From positions 1,760,001 through 1,824,000 of the forward strand of contig CAWIIP010000002.1 of the NCBI GenBank assembly GCA_963836235.1: a stretch of DNA of 64,000 nucleotides. Direction: 5' to 3'. Below are positions 39,029 to 49,382 of the stretch, piece by piece. Made by a program: the position numbers and the translations under genes. Source of the stretch: an uncultured Pseudomonadota bacterium. Lineage in GTDB: Bacteria > Oederibacteriota > Muellerivitia > Muellerivitales > Muellerivitaceae. The notes beneath the pieces are model-generated. The model was given only the letters and a program-made list of their open reading frames with translations, was not told the DNA's origin and ran no database searches. Each line of letters begins with the position of its first letter. Within the stretch, counting starts at the first letter, position 1.

Positions 39029-39961
39029 CTAGACTGGAATGGTTAAGCCTTCGTAGGCGCAGATGGTATTGGTAAAGAGGTTTTTGGCGTCCTCTTCTTT
39101 GCGTTGGATAAAAGCGTCGTCGTGGTTGGGGTCGTGGTGGTAAAGCACCAGCTGTTTCACGCCGGCTTCCTTGGCGACGAAGCAGGCCATTTCCGGGGTG
39201 GAATGCCCGTAGCCCTGGGTGGAGACGACTCCCGTATATTGTTCCATCGTGTATTGGGCGTCATGGATCAGCAGATCCGCTCCCTTGGAAAACTGAATCA
39301 GCCTTCGGTCTCCCGCGGCGTAGCTTTCAATATCGGTGGCGTAAACCACCGATTTTCCGGCGTATTGCAGCTTGTAAACCAGTGTCCCGTTCTTGGGGTG
39401 GTTGTAAGCCCGGTATTGGCTGACGATGACCTTGTCCTTGAACGTCGCCTTGAAATCCGTCTGCAAATTCACCAGTTCCGCTTCATTGCCTTCGGCCAGG
39501 AGAATCTGGTCGAAAGGCTTGAGTGTGGCGATTTTCTTGATGGAATGGGTTTCCTTCAAGTCGACCGGAAAAAACATTTGGTCCATCATCATTTCTAACA
39601 CATATTCCAGGCCGGTCTTGGAATCCACCGGTCCATAAACCGAAGGCCCGAAGATGGAAAGGGAAGAATCCCCGATGTAAAGGGGCGGGAAAAAAGGCAG
39701 TCCCATGATGTGGTCGTGATGGGTATGGGAAATCAGGATAGTCGTGGTGAGACGCTTCATCTTTTCGCGGTTGGCGAAAAAATTGCGGACCATCTGCTGT
39801 CCGGCCGCGACGATCCCGGTGCCAGCATCCAGGAAAATCGTGTGGTCCAGGACATTCACTTGAACGCAGGAGGAGTTGCCGCCGATTTTAAGCGTGGTCG
39901 GACCAGGGACGGGAATGCTTCCCCGAACCCCCCGGAACGTTATAGTGAAATCGTGCGCCAT
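39029..39961 (-). CDS. MBL-fold metallo-hydrolase (RNase BN/phosphodiesterase-like)
   Basis: GVRGS.P, DAGTG, SHTHHDHI, HP, ATD, LIHD, GHS, HH.P. Confidence 0.88.
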   Translation of the reverse strand: MAHDFTITFRGVRGSIPVPGPTTLKIGGNSSCVQVNVLDHTIFLDAGTGIVAAGQQMVRNFFANREKMKRLTTTILISHTHHDHIMGLPFFPPLYIGDSSLSIFGPSVYGPVDSKTGLEYVLEMMMDQMFFPVDLKETHSIKKIATLKPFDQILLAEGNEAELVNLQTDFKATFKDKVIVSQYRAYNHPKNGTLVYKLQYAGKSVVYATDIESYAAGDRRLIQFSKGADLLIHDAQYTMEQYTGVVSTQGYGHSTPEMACFVAKEAGVKQLVLYHHDPNHDDAFIQRKEEDAKNLFTNTICAYEGLTIPV

Positions 39962-40095
39962 TCAGCTCCTTTGTCGTTGAAACTAGCGGTAAAAACAGGC
40001 TTATTATTTCCAAAAAAAACCGGTTTGGCAATGGTTTCAGGACGTAAACCGGGCTAATCGGCATAAACGCCAATGGAAACCAAGAAGAACGTTGA

Positions 40096-40266
40096 TCAGG
40101 GCTCCCAAAGGGCGCGCGGTCCGCAGTTTTCGCATTCGGGAGTTTTATCCCCCGCCTTGAAGTAACGGTTCATAATCCTGTTCTCATTAGCGCAGGTCAC
40201 GCAGAGGTGCGGGCCGGTGTAAAGGAACTTCTCGCCCGGTTTTCGGGCCGAGATGTCGATGTTCAT
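40096..40266 (-). CDS. Small zinc-ribbon protein
   Basis: PGE....TG..CVTC....CENC..W; start uncertain. Confidence 0.5.
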   Translation of the reverse strand: MNIDISARKPGEKFLYTGPHLCVTCANENRIMNRYFKAGDKTPECENCGPRALWEP

Positions 40267-40340
40267 TTTGTTTTTAGAGTTGGGATCCAGCGGCGTGCCG
40301 GACGGTAAAGTTTCCAAAATCTTCTCACTTGGTACTGGAA

Positions 40341-40370
40341 TAAAAAAACCCCGCCTCAAGAAGACGGGGC
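40341..40370 (-). terminator. Intrinsic terminator after aconitase
   Basis: Minus strand CCCCGTCTT-CTT-GAGGCGGGG followed by a T-run. Confidence 0.75.
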
Positions 40371-40394
40371 TTGGAACTCAGAAAACTTTCTTAA

Positions 40395-42398
40395 CTATTT
40401 TACTTTTTCTTTCTTAGCGGCCTTAGCTTTTCCCTTGGGAGCAGCAGCCGAGGCTTCCGCGCTTTTTTGCTTGGTCCAGTTCAGCAAGCCCCCCGCTAGG
40501 ATGATTTCCTGCTGGCGGCTGGTCAAGCCATGCACTACCTGGATGGATTTGCCCGTCGTGAGGTTCTTCACCGGAAAGGGATGATCCACCTTGATCACCT
40601 GTTTCAAGTCCGGAATCTCCAGTTTATCTCCCTGCGAAATGCCGTCGTAGTCGGCGGCCTGCACGAAGGTCAAAGGCAAAATGCCGAAGTTGACCAGGTT
40701 TGCCCGGTGGATACGGGCGAAGCTTTTCACGATGACCGCTTTCAAGCCCAGGTACATGGGCGCCAAAGCCGCATGCTCGCGGCTGGAACCCTGCCCGTAA
40801 TTGTCGCCGCCCACCACGAAGCTTTTTCCCGCTTCCTTGGCCCTTTTGGGATAGGTGGGATCAATGATGTTGAAAACGAATTCCGAAATGGCGGGGATGT
40901 TCGAGCGCAAGGGCAATACCTTGGAACCCGCGGGCATGATGTGGTCGGTCGTGATGTTGTCGGCCACCTTCAAAACGACCGGACCTTCCAACGTTTCGGC
41001 CAAGGGCTCGTTCACCGGCAGGGGCTTGATGTTTGGCCCCCGGACCACCTCGACCTTTTTGGGGTCCTTGGCGGGGGGAATAATGCCGTCGTCGTCCCAA
41101 ACGAATTTATCGGGGATCTCGATCTTGGGAGCCTTGCCCAGGGTGGTGGGGTCGGTGATCTTGCCCGTCAAAGCGCAGGCGACGCAGCTCTCGGGGGAAG
41201 CCAGATAAACCTTGGCGTCACGGGTTCCGGACCGGCCCTCGAAATTGCGGTTGAAACTGCGGATGGAAACCGCGCCGGAAGAAGGCGCTTGCCCCATGCC
41301 GATGCAGGGCCCACAAGCGGACTCGATGATGCGGGCGCCGGAGGAAATGATGTCGGCCAAGGCCCCGTTTTTCGCGATCATCTCGAAAACCTGCTTGGAA
41401 CCAGGGGTGACGGTCATGGAGACGCTGGGATGGATATGCTTGCCCTTGAGCATTTTGGCCACCATCATCAGGTCGCTGTAGGAGCTGTTGGTGCAGGAAC
41501 CCACGCAAACCTGCTGGACGTCGATATTCTTGAGCTTCGAAACCTCGATGACATTGTCCGGGCTGTGGGGCTGGGCCATCAGGGGCTCCAGCTTGTTCAA
41601 GTCGATGATGAGTTCCTCATCGTAGGCGGCGCCAGGATCGGCGGCCAGGGGGGCCCAATCCTTGGCACGGCCTTGGGCCTTCATATATTCACGGGTATTC
41701 TCGTCCGAGGGAAAGATCGAAGTGGTAGCCCCCAGTTCGGCTCCCATATTGGTAATAGTGGCCCTGGCGGTGGCCGAGAGGCTCTTGACGCCCTGGCCGG
41801 TGTATTCCAGGATTTTGCCGACACCGCCCTTGACGGTTAATTTGCGCAAAACTTCCAAAATGATGTCCTTAGCGGTGACCCAAGGCTGGAGTTTGCCTTT
41901 GAGTTCCACCCTTAAGACCTTGGGCATGGTCATATAGAAGGGACCGCCGCCCATGGCGACCGCCACATCCAAACCGCCAGCGCCGATGGCCAACTCACCC
42001 ACCCCTCCGCAGGTGGGGGTGTGGGAATCGGAACCCAGGAGGGTCTGGCCGGGGATGGCAAATCGTTCCAGGTGGACTTGGTGGCAAATGCCGTTGCCGG
42101 GACGGGAGAAGTAAATGCCGTGCTTGGCGGCCACGGATTGAAGATAGCGATGGTCGTCCGCGTTCTCAAAACCGGTCTGAAGCATATTGTGGTCGACGTA
42201 GGAAACGGAAAGCTTGGTGTGAACCTGGGGAACGCCGATAGCCTCAAACTGCAGGTAAGCCATGGTGCCGGTGGCGTCTTGGGTGAGGGTTTGGTCGATC
42301 CTGATGCCCACTTCCTCCCCGGCGACGGGATTGCCCGAAACCAAATGGACGTTGATGATCTTTTGAACCAGGTTAAACCGCTTGTCGTTTGTCGCCAT
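40395..42398 (-). CDS. acnA: Aconitate hydratase
   Basis: TQDATGT, GICHQ, GSDSHT, GSCTN, CGPCIG, NRNFEGR, TTDHI.P, NYGQGSSREHAA; GGAGG RBS. Confidence 0.92.
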   Translation of the reverse strand: MATNDKRFNLVQKIINVHLVSGNPVAGEEVGIRIDQTLTQDATGTMAYLQFEAIGVPQVHTKLSVSYVDHNMLQTGFENADDHRYLQSVAAKHGIYFSRPGNGICHQVHLERFAIPGQTLLGSDSHTPTCGGVGELAIGAGGLDVAVAMGGGPFYMTMPKVLRVELKGKLQPWVTAKDIILEVLRKLTVKGGVGKILEYTGQGVKSLSATARATITNMGAELGATTSIFPSDENTREYMKAQGRAKDWAPLAADPGAAYDEELIIDLNKLEPLMAQPHSPDNVIEVSKLKNIDVQQVCVGSCTNSSYSDLMMVAKMLKGKHIHPSVSMTVTPGSKQVFEMIAKNGALADIISSGARIIESACGPCIGMGQAPSSGAVSIRSFNRNFEGRSGTRDAKVYLASPESCVACALTGKITDPTTLGKAPKIEIPDKFVWDDDGIIPPAKDPKKVEVVRGPNIKPLPVNEPLAETLEGPVVLKVADNITTDHIMPAGSKVLPLRSNIPAISEFVFNIIDPTYPKRAKEAGKSFVVGGDNYGQGSSREHAALAPMYLGLKAVIVKSFARIHRANLVNFGILPLTFVQAADYDGISQGDKLEIPDLKQVIKVDHPFPVKNLTTGKSIQVVHGLTSRQQEIILAGGLLNWTKQKSAEASAAAPKGKAKAAKKEKVK

Positions 42399-42648
42399 GA
42401 ATGCCTCCAAATAGGTATATATAATGAATAAGGATGAACCGCCCGTTTTTTTGAGGGGCCCATTATGGGTCGGGGCCGCCGCCCAATTCAACCCTATAAA
42501 GGTTACGTCAAGTTAACGGTGAAACCAAACGAGTTTGCCTCTTCTTTTGCGTTGAAACCAGGATTTAGAGCCTCTCACCCCGATAAAAACAGAAGGGTCC
42601 TTTAAATTTAATGAAGGGATGTTTAATTTATAGAAAGAAAGGGAAGAT

Positions 42649-42858
42649 ATGTTGGCGGCGACCTTAAAAATTGAAGGCATGACCTGCGACCATTGCGTTC
42701 ATTCAGTTCAACAAGCCTTGTCCTCTCTTCCGGGGGTGATAAGGGCGCGGGTGAGCCTGGCCCAAAAAGAGGCCCTGGTGGAATCCGAAGGCCCCTTGGA
42801 CTTATCCGCGGCGATAAAAGCCGTTGAAGAAGAAGGTTATCAAGCGCATGTCCCTTGA
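42649..42858 (+). CDS. copZ: Copper chaperone (HMA domain)
   Basis: GMTCDHC motif, ..EEGY; directly upstream of a P1B ATPase. Confidence 0.88.
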   Translation: MLAATLKIEGMTCDHCVHSVQQALSSLPGVIRARVSLAQKEALVESEGPLDLSAAIKAVEEEGYQAHVP

Positions 42859-45055
42859 GACCTTTGTCGGACCGGAAGTTTCCCCCGAAAACCAATCCAA
42901 TTCGGTCATTCTTTCGGTGGAAGGGATGACCTGCGCTTCCTGCGCCGCCCGCATCGAGCGTAAGCTGAGGGCCGTTCCGGGGGTTACGGGCGCTACTGTT
43001 AATTTCGCTTCCCAAAAGGCTTATGTCCAAGCCGAATCACGGCTTCCCCTCGAGGTCCTGGAATCCGCCGTGGAAAAGGCGGGCTATAAGGCCAGGCCCT
43101 ATCTTCCCGAACATAGGGCTTTACGGATGTACCAAACCGAGCAAAACCGGCTGGGGTGGCGGCTAATCTTGGGCGGGCTTCTTGTCCTGCCCTTCCTGGT
43201 GGAACACCTGCTGATGCTTTTGAGGCCCTTTGAGCTTCCATTAAATGTCCAATTTCTACTGGCGGCGCCGGTTTACTTTATTGTTGGCTGGCCCTTCCAC
43301 CAAGCGGCCTTGAGGGGCCTGCGTCAGGGCGAAGTCACCATGGACACGCTCATTTCCCTGGGTTCTTCCACGGCCTTTTTCGCCTCCCTCCCCGCTTTGA
43401 TGGGCGCCCCCGTGGATGTTTACTTCGACGCGGCGGGACTCATTCTCTTTTTCGTGACCTTGGGCAGATACCTGGAAATTTTCTCCAAGCGCCGGGCCAA
43501 CCGGGCGCTGGAACTGCTGACGAACCTTCAGCCCCGCGTCGCCCATGTCATCAAGGAAACGCACCAAGTGGATGTTCCGGTCGAGATGGTGGTCCTGGGG
43601 AATACCCTTTGCGTCAGGCCGGGGGAAGCCATTCCGGTGGATGGGGACGTCGTCGAGGGGAAGGGGCGGGTGGATGAATCCCTCTTAACCGGCGAATCGG
43701 CGCCCGTTGAGAAGCGGCCGGGCAGCGCGTTATTCGCGGGGACGATCAACGGGACCACCACGCTCAACATGAAAGCCTGGGCGACGGGAGCGGATACGGC
43801 TTTGGCCCATATCATCCGCTTGGTAGAAGAAGCCCAGGGCTCGAAGGCCCCCATCCAAAAAGCCGCGGATAGAGCGGCGGCGATTTTCGTGCCGGTGGTC
43901 CTCCTCCTGTCCCTTTTGACTGTTCTGGGCTGGGTGCTCTTAGCCGGGCATCCGCTTTCCCAGGGCTTGGAGAGGGCGGTTTCGGTGCTGGTCATCGCCT
44001 GCCCCTGCGCCCTCGGGCTGGCAACCCCTATCGCCTTGATGGTGGGTATCGGGGTGGCCGCCAAGCGGGGCATCCTCATCCGCCGGGCGGAAGTGCTGGA
44101 AAAGTCATCCGAAGTGGACGTGATCGTGTTCGATAAAACGGGCACCCTCACCGAGGGAAAACCCCGGCTGGTGGACCTGTTGCCCTTGGACGGCGAACAG
44201 GAGGAAAAGGTTCTTCGTTACGCGGCGGCCCTGGAAAGAGGAACCAACCACCCGCTGGCATCGGCCGTACTAAAGGAAGCGATGGTGTTGGACTTGATCC
44301 TGCCCAGTGTCGAGCGCATGGTGGAAACGCCGGGCGCGGGGTTGCAAGGGTTCGTCGAGGGCCACGAAGTAGCCATTGGGACCAAGGCCTTCATCGAATC
44401 CCTTGAGGGAATAGTGCCTTCCCCCCAAGTCCGGGCTAATGTCGAAGCCTACCGGCTGGGCGGCCAAACGGTCTCCCTCATGGCCTTAGATAAGAAGATT
44501 GTTGGCCTATTCGCCATGGAAGACCCGCCCCGGGCCGATTCCAGGGAAGTGATCGCCAAGCTGAAAGGCCTGGGGCTTAAAGTCCACCTCCTGACCGGCG
44601 ATGGGGAAGTGGTGGCCGAAAAGGTGGGGGAAAGGGTCGGGGTGGACGTGGTGCGGGCCAACGTGAACCCCCAAGGCAAGCTGGACTACATCGAGGAACT
44701 TCAAAAACAAGGTTTGAAAGTGGCCATGGTAGGGGACGGCTATAACGACGCGGCGGCCTTGACGGCGGCGGACCTGGGGATCGCCATGGGCTCGGGCACG
44801 GATGTAGCCAAGGAATCGGGGGACATGGTGCTCACCCAGGGCGGGCTTTATAAGGTCATCGAAGCCCTCAAAGTTTCCAGGGCGACTTTTTCCATCATCC
44901 GGCAGAACCTCTTCTGGGCCTTCGCCTACAATCTAGTAGCCCTGCCCCTCGCCATCTTCACGCGGATTCCACCCGCGGTTGCGGCCCTGGCCATGTCCCT
45001 TTCCTCGGTGACGGTAGTTTTGAACGCGCTGAGGCTTTATCGGAAAAGGTTTTAA
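42848..45055 (+). CDS. copA: Cu(I)-translocating P1B-type ATPase
   Basis: GMTCASC, TGES, CPC, DKTGT, HP, GDG.ND, YN and M..SS transmembrane ligands. Confidence 0.93.
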   Translation: MSLETFVGPEVSPENQSNSVILSVEGMTCASCAARIERKLRAVPGVTGATVNFASQKAYVQAESRLPLEVLESAVEKAGYKARPYLPEHRALRMYQTEQNRLGWRLILGGLLVLPFLVEHLLMLLRPFELPLNVQFLLAAPVYFIVGWPFHQAALRGLRQGEVTMDTLISLGSSTAFFASLPALMGAPVDVYFDAAGLILFFVTLGRYLEIFSKRRANRALELLTNLQPRVAHVIKETHQVDVPVEMVVLGNTLCVRPGEAIPVDGDVVEGKGRVDESLLTGESAPVEKRPGSALFAGTINGTTTLNMKAWATGADTALAHIIRLVEEAQGSKAPIQKAADRAAAIFVPVVLLLSLLTVLGWVLLAGHPLSQGLERAVSVLVIACPCALGLATPIALMVGIGVAAKRGILIRRAEVLEKSSEVDVIVFDKTGTLTEGKPRLVDLLPLDGEQEEKVLRYAAALERGTNHPLASAVLKEAMVLDLILPSVERMVETPGAGLQGFVEGHEVAIGTKAFIESLEGIVPSPQVRANVEAYRLGGQTVSLMALDKKIVGLFAMEDPPRADSREVIAKLKGLGLKVHLLTGDGEVVAEKVGERVGVDVVRANVNPQGKLDYIEELQKQGLKVAMVGDGYNDAAALTAADLGIAMGSGTDVAKESGDMVLTQGGLYKVIEALKVSRATFSIIRQNLFWAFAYNLVALPLAIFTRIPPAVAALAMSLSSVTVVLNALRLYRKRF

Positions 45056-45200
45056 AACAGGGCTAAGTATCCCTTTTTGACCGGTTGGTGTTAGTCCGGC
45101 TCGGATGTTTCATAGTTATAAGGGTTGCCAAGGGCATCGAACATATCGTAAGAGCCGTCGTTTAATTTCAAAATGATTTCCAAGAAGGAGAATCATCAAA

Positions 45201-45917
45201 GTGTTCCACTGGTTGCAGGCCTTACTCGCCCATCAAGGTTATTGGGTTATCTTCTTAGTCGTGTTCTTGAATAATCTTTGTTTTCCGGTGCCGGGCGATT
45301 CGATGCTGTTGGGCGGAGGTTTTCTGGCGGAAAAGGGGATTCTTTCCTTGTGGGCCGTGATCGCTGTCGGAACAGGAGGTTGCTTCCTGGGGGGGAATGG
45401 CGGTTATTGGTTCGGGTCGCGGTTCGGGTACCGCTTTTTGAAAAAGAACCGCTGGCTCCAGGTTTCGCCCCAAAGAATCGGACAAATTGAATATTTTTTC
45501 AAAAAATATGGGGCCAAAGCCGTTTTTTTAGCCCGGTTCGTGGCCCTGCTCCATCCCGTAACCGGCCTCCTAGCGGGCATGGGAAGAACCCCCTTCCGCC
45601 TCTTCCTTTTTTATAACTTGGCCGGGGCTTTCGCCTACTCCGCCCTCTATGCTTTGGTCGGTTATTTTTTCGGGCAAAGATGGGAACTCTTCAAAAGTTG
45701 GATCGGTCCGGTCGCCCTTTACACGATCCTCATTGCCGCCGCCCTCTTTTCCCTCGGCCTATTTTTACGACATTCAATCCGCGACTTTTTTGATAGTTTT
45801 TCCTCCCGAAAAGAAGCCAAGCGGGGAAAGAACAAAAAAATTCAAAAGCCGTCCTCCGTCGGCCATCCACGAGTGGCAGGAGGAAACCTTAAGAAAGGGA
45901 GGGGCCTATCAAAATGA
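45201..45917 (+). CDS. DedA family membrane protein
   Basis: FPVPGD, FF.KYG...VFLARF, F..YN.AGA motifs. Confidence 0.88.
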   Translation: MFHWLQALLAHQGYWVIFLVVFLNNLCFPVPGDSMLLGGGFLAEKGILSLWAVIAVGTGGCFLGGNGGYWFGSRFGYRFLKKNRWLQVSPQRIGQIEYFFKKYGAKAVFLARFVALLHPVTGLLAGMGRTPFRLFLFYNLAGAFAYSALYALVGYFFGQRWELFKSWIGPVALYTILIAAALFSLGLFLRHSIRDFFDSFSSRKEAKRGKNKKIQKPSSVGHPRVAGGNLKKGRGLSK

Positions 45918-46241
45918 GAGGCCGCCCGAAAAAAAGTAACAAGAAATTAAACATAACCTGAACTTTCACGGGCGGGAAAGAGTACAATCAAATTGATCAA
46001 AAGGTTATTTCAGCTTTCTTACCCCAGATCCCGGCCCCGGAGAATGTCCTAAGGGAATCCGAACCAAGCTTCTACCTCCATTTGGTTCAACCAACTCGGC
46101 CTTTTCAAATCACGTTCATTTCAATGAATCTCCAGCAGGATAGGCCCTCCCATTCCAAAAAAAAGAGGCCACCTGACGGGAATCATACTCAAAATTTTTA
46201 CGAATTTAAAAATAACCTGCGATCCTTGAATGGAGCCGTTT

Positions 46242-47870
<1,629 letters not shown>

Positions 47871-47894
47871 AACACAGTTTAAAAAAATTTTTTA

Positions 47895-47982
47895 CGACCA
47901 AGGGCACCAAGGAAGATAAAAAAGCAGAGAATGAAACTTTAGAAATCGACTTTTTCAGTCCTTCTTGGTGTACTTGGTGGTT
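47895..47982. repeat. Intergenic inverted-repeat element with 9-bp subrepeats between convergent genes
   Basis: ACCAAGGGCACCAAGGAAG ... CTTCTTGGTGTACTTGGTGG. Confidence 0.6.
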
Positions 47983-47996
47983 CAACCGCCTTGGGT

Positions 47997-48695
47997 TTAG
48001 GCTAAGTCGAAAAGCAATATCTCCGTTGGTTCCTGGGCCGTGAAAGAAACGGCCATTTCGCCGGAAAAACCGGCCCCATCCCCTGTTTGAAGTTGAAGCT
48101 TGTCCAGTTCGATCCCGCCTTTGACCACGTGTAACCAGGCGCTTCGGCCGGGCTTGAGCTCGTGGATCATATGGTTCCCCTTGTGGATGAGCGTGGAGTA
48201 CATTTGAACGTCCTGCTGTATCTTCAGCGAGGCTTCTTTTCCGTCGGGGGAGGCGATGAGCTTCAAGATTCCCTTGCGTTCGGCGAGGGTGAAGAATTTT
48301 TTCCGGCCACCCGGTTCCATGACCCCGGCCGAGGGGGAAAATCCGCTTTGAAAGACATGGGCGTCCTCGGGGGATAATATATGGAAGGCGGATAGTTTCG
48401 TGCCGCCGGCGACGTTGGCGCGGAGGAATTCATCCGTCTTCACCAATTCGGGGCTTTCCAACAGGCCCTTCATGACCATCAGGCCCTCGCGCACATAGGT
48501 GACAAGAACCATATCTTCGTGGGTGTGCAAGATGAATCCCCGGCCCGGGGAAAGGACTTCCTCGTTGAAGATTTTGAGCGCGCCAAATCCGTTTTGAAGG
48601 GGATCGGCCTGGTTTTCCCAGTCGAAAGTCATCCAGGTGGTTTGGTTACCGTCGGCGATATGGCGCCTTTCTTCCGACCTTCTAATCGTAATCAT
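47997..48695 (-). CDS. Pirin-family (YhhW/YhaK-like) bicupin protein with degenerate metal site
   Basis: MITIRRS.ER, FG.L...NE, GF..H.H.DM, IASPDG...SL.I.QD, EILLFDL; the third His and the Glu of 'HSE' are missing. Confidence 0.85.
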   Translation of the reverse strand: MITIRRSEERRHIADGNQTTWMTFDWENQADPLQNGFGALKIFNEEVLSPGRGFILHTHEDMVLVTYVREGLMVMKGLLESPELVKTDEFLRANVAGGTKLSAFHILSPEDAHVFQSGFSPSAGVMEPGGRKKFFTLAERKGILKLIASPDGKEASLKIQQDVQMYSTLIHKGNHMIHELKPGRSAWLHVVKGGIELDKLQLQTGDGAGFSGEMAVSFTAQEPTEILLFDLA

Positions 48696-48832
48696 TCTTC
48701 ATCTCCCTGGGCGCCGGTTTTTCAGCCCATCCTTCAAATCAAGGCGGGCAAGACGTTACTGCCAACTCAATCCAACCACTCAGGGTTCCAAAACTTATCG
48801 AACATGAGGCGGCCTACAAAAGGATTAAATAC

Positions 48833-48849
48833 AGCAAGAAACGAACCAG
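48833..48849 (-). promoter_or_regulatory. Sigma54 (-24/-12) promoter for the pirin gene
   Basis: Minus strand CTGGTTCGTTTCTTGCT, GG-N10-GC. Confidence 0.6.
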
Positions 48850-48901
48850 ATAAGGGAATGGTTCTTTTGCTTGTTTTTCGCGGCCGGGTCCGCCAAACCG
48901 A

Positions 48902-48934
48902 ATCAAGTTGAGAAAAAAACGAATCGTTTTGATC
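48902..48934. promoter_or_regulatory. Paired upstream activator site (copy 1)
   Basis: ATCAAGTTGAGAA-N8-ATCGTTTTGATC. Confidence 0.65.
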
Positions 48935-48962
48935 TTTCCATGACCGCCGCGCCCGATGAAGT

Positions 48963-49382
48963 CTAACTTTTTTCAGGCGTGGACAGGACATCGGAGATGG
49001 CCTGGAGAAGCTGCTCCACCTTGAAAGGCTTTCCCAATTTGGGATTGGGAATATTGTTCAAGAATTTCGCCCGCGCGTCGGAAAAGATCCCGCCGGTGAT
49101 GAACACGATCTTTTTTTCCAGGCCGGGATTACTTTTCTCGACCTCCTGGTAAAATTCGACCCCGTTCATGTCGGGCATATTCAAGTCGCTCACGATGACT
49201 TCCACCTTGGTGATTCCGCGGGCGAGGATGTTCAAGGCTTCGACAGCCGATGGGACGGAAATAACGAAATGCCCGTTTGAGCGCAGCATCTCCGTGAACA
49301 AACGCGCGTTCCCGGACTCATCATCCACCAAAAGAACCCGCAGGCCCGGGGCCGGCTTTTCCCCGCCATTCATGACCGTCAT
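48963..49382 (-). CDS. Stand-alone response regulator (REC)
   Basis: [23 protein letters not shown]; ATGA coupling to the upstream kinase. Confidence 0.9.
   Translation of the reverse strand: MTVMNGGEKPAPGLRVLLVDDESGNARLFTEMLRSNGHFVISVPSAVEALNILARGITKVEVIVSDLNMPDMNGVEFYQEVEKSNPGLEKKIVFITGGIFSDARAKFLNNIPNPKLGKPFKVEQLLQAISDVLSTPEKS

Noticed and set aside
48748-48765. TTGGCAG...TTGC sigma54-like site on the minus strand
   Set aside because: GG-to-GC spacing is 12 rather than the required 10
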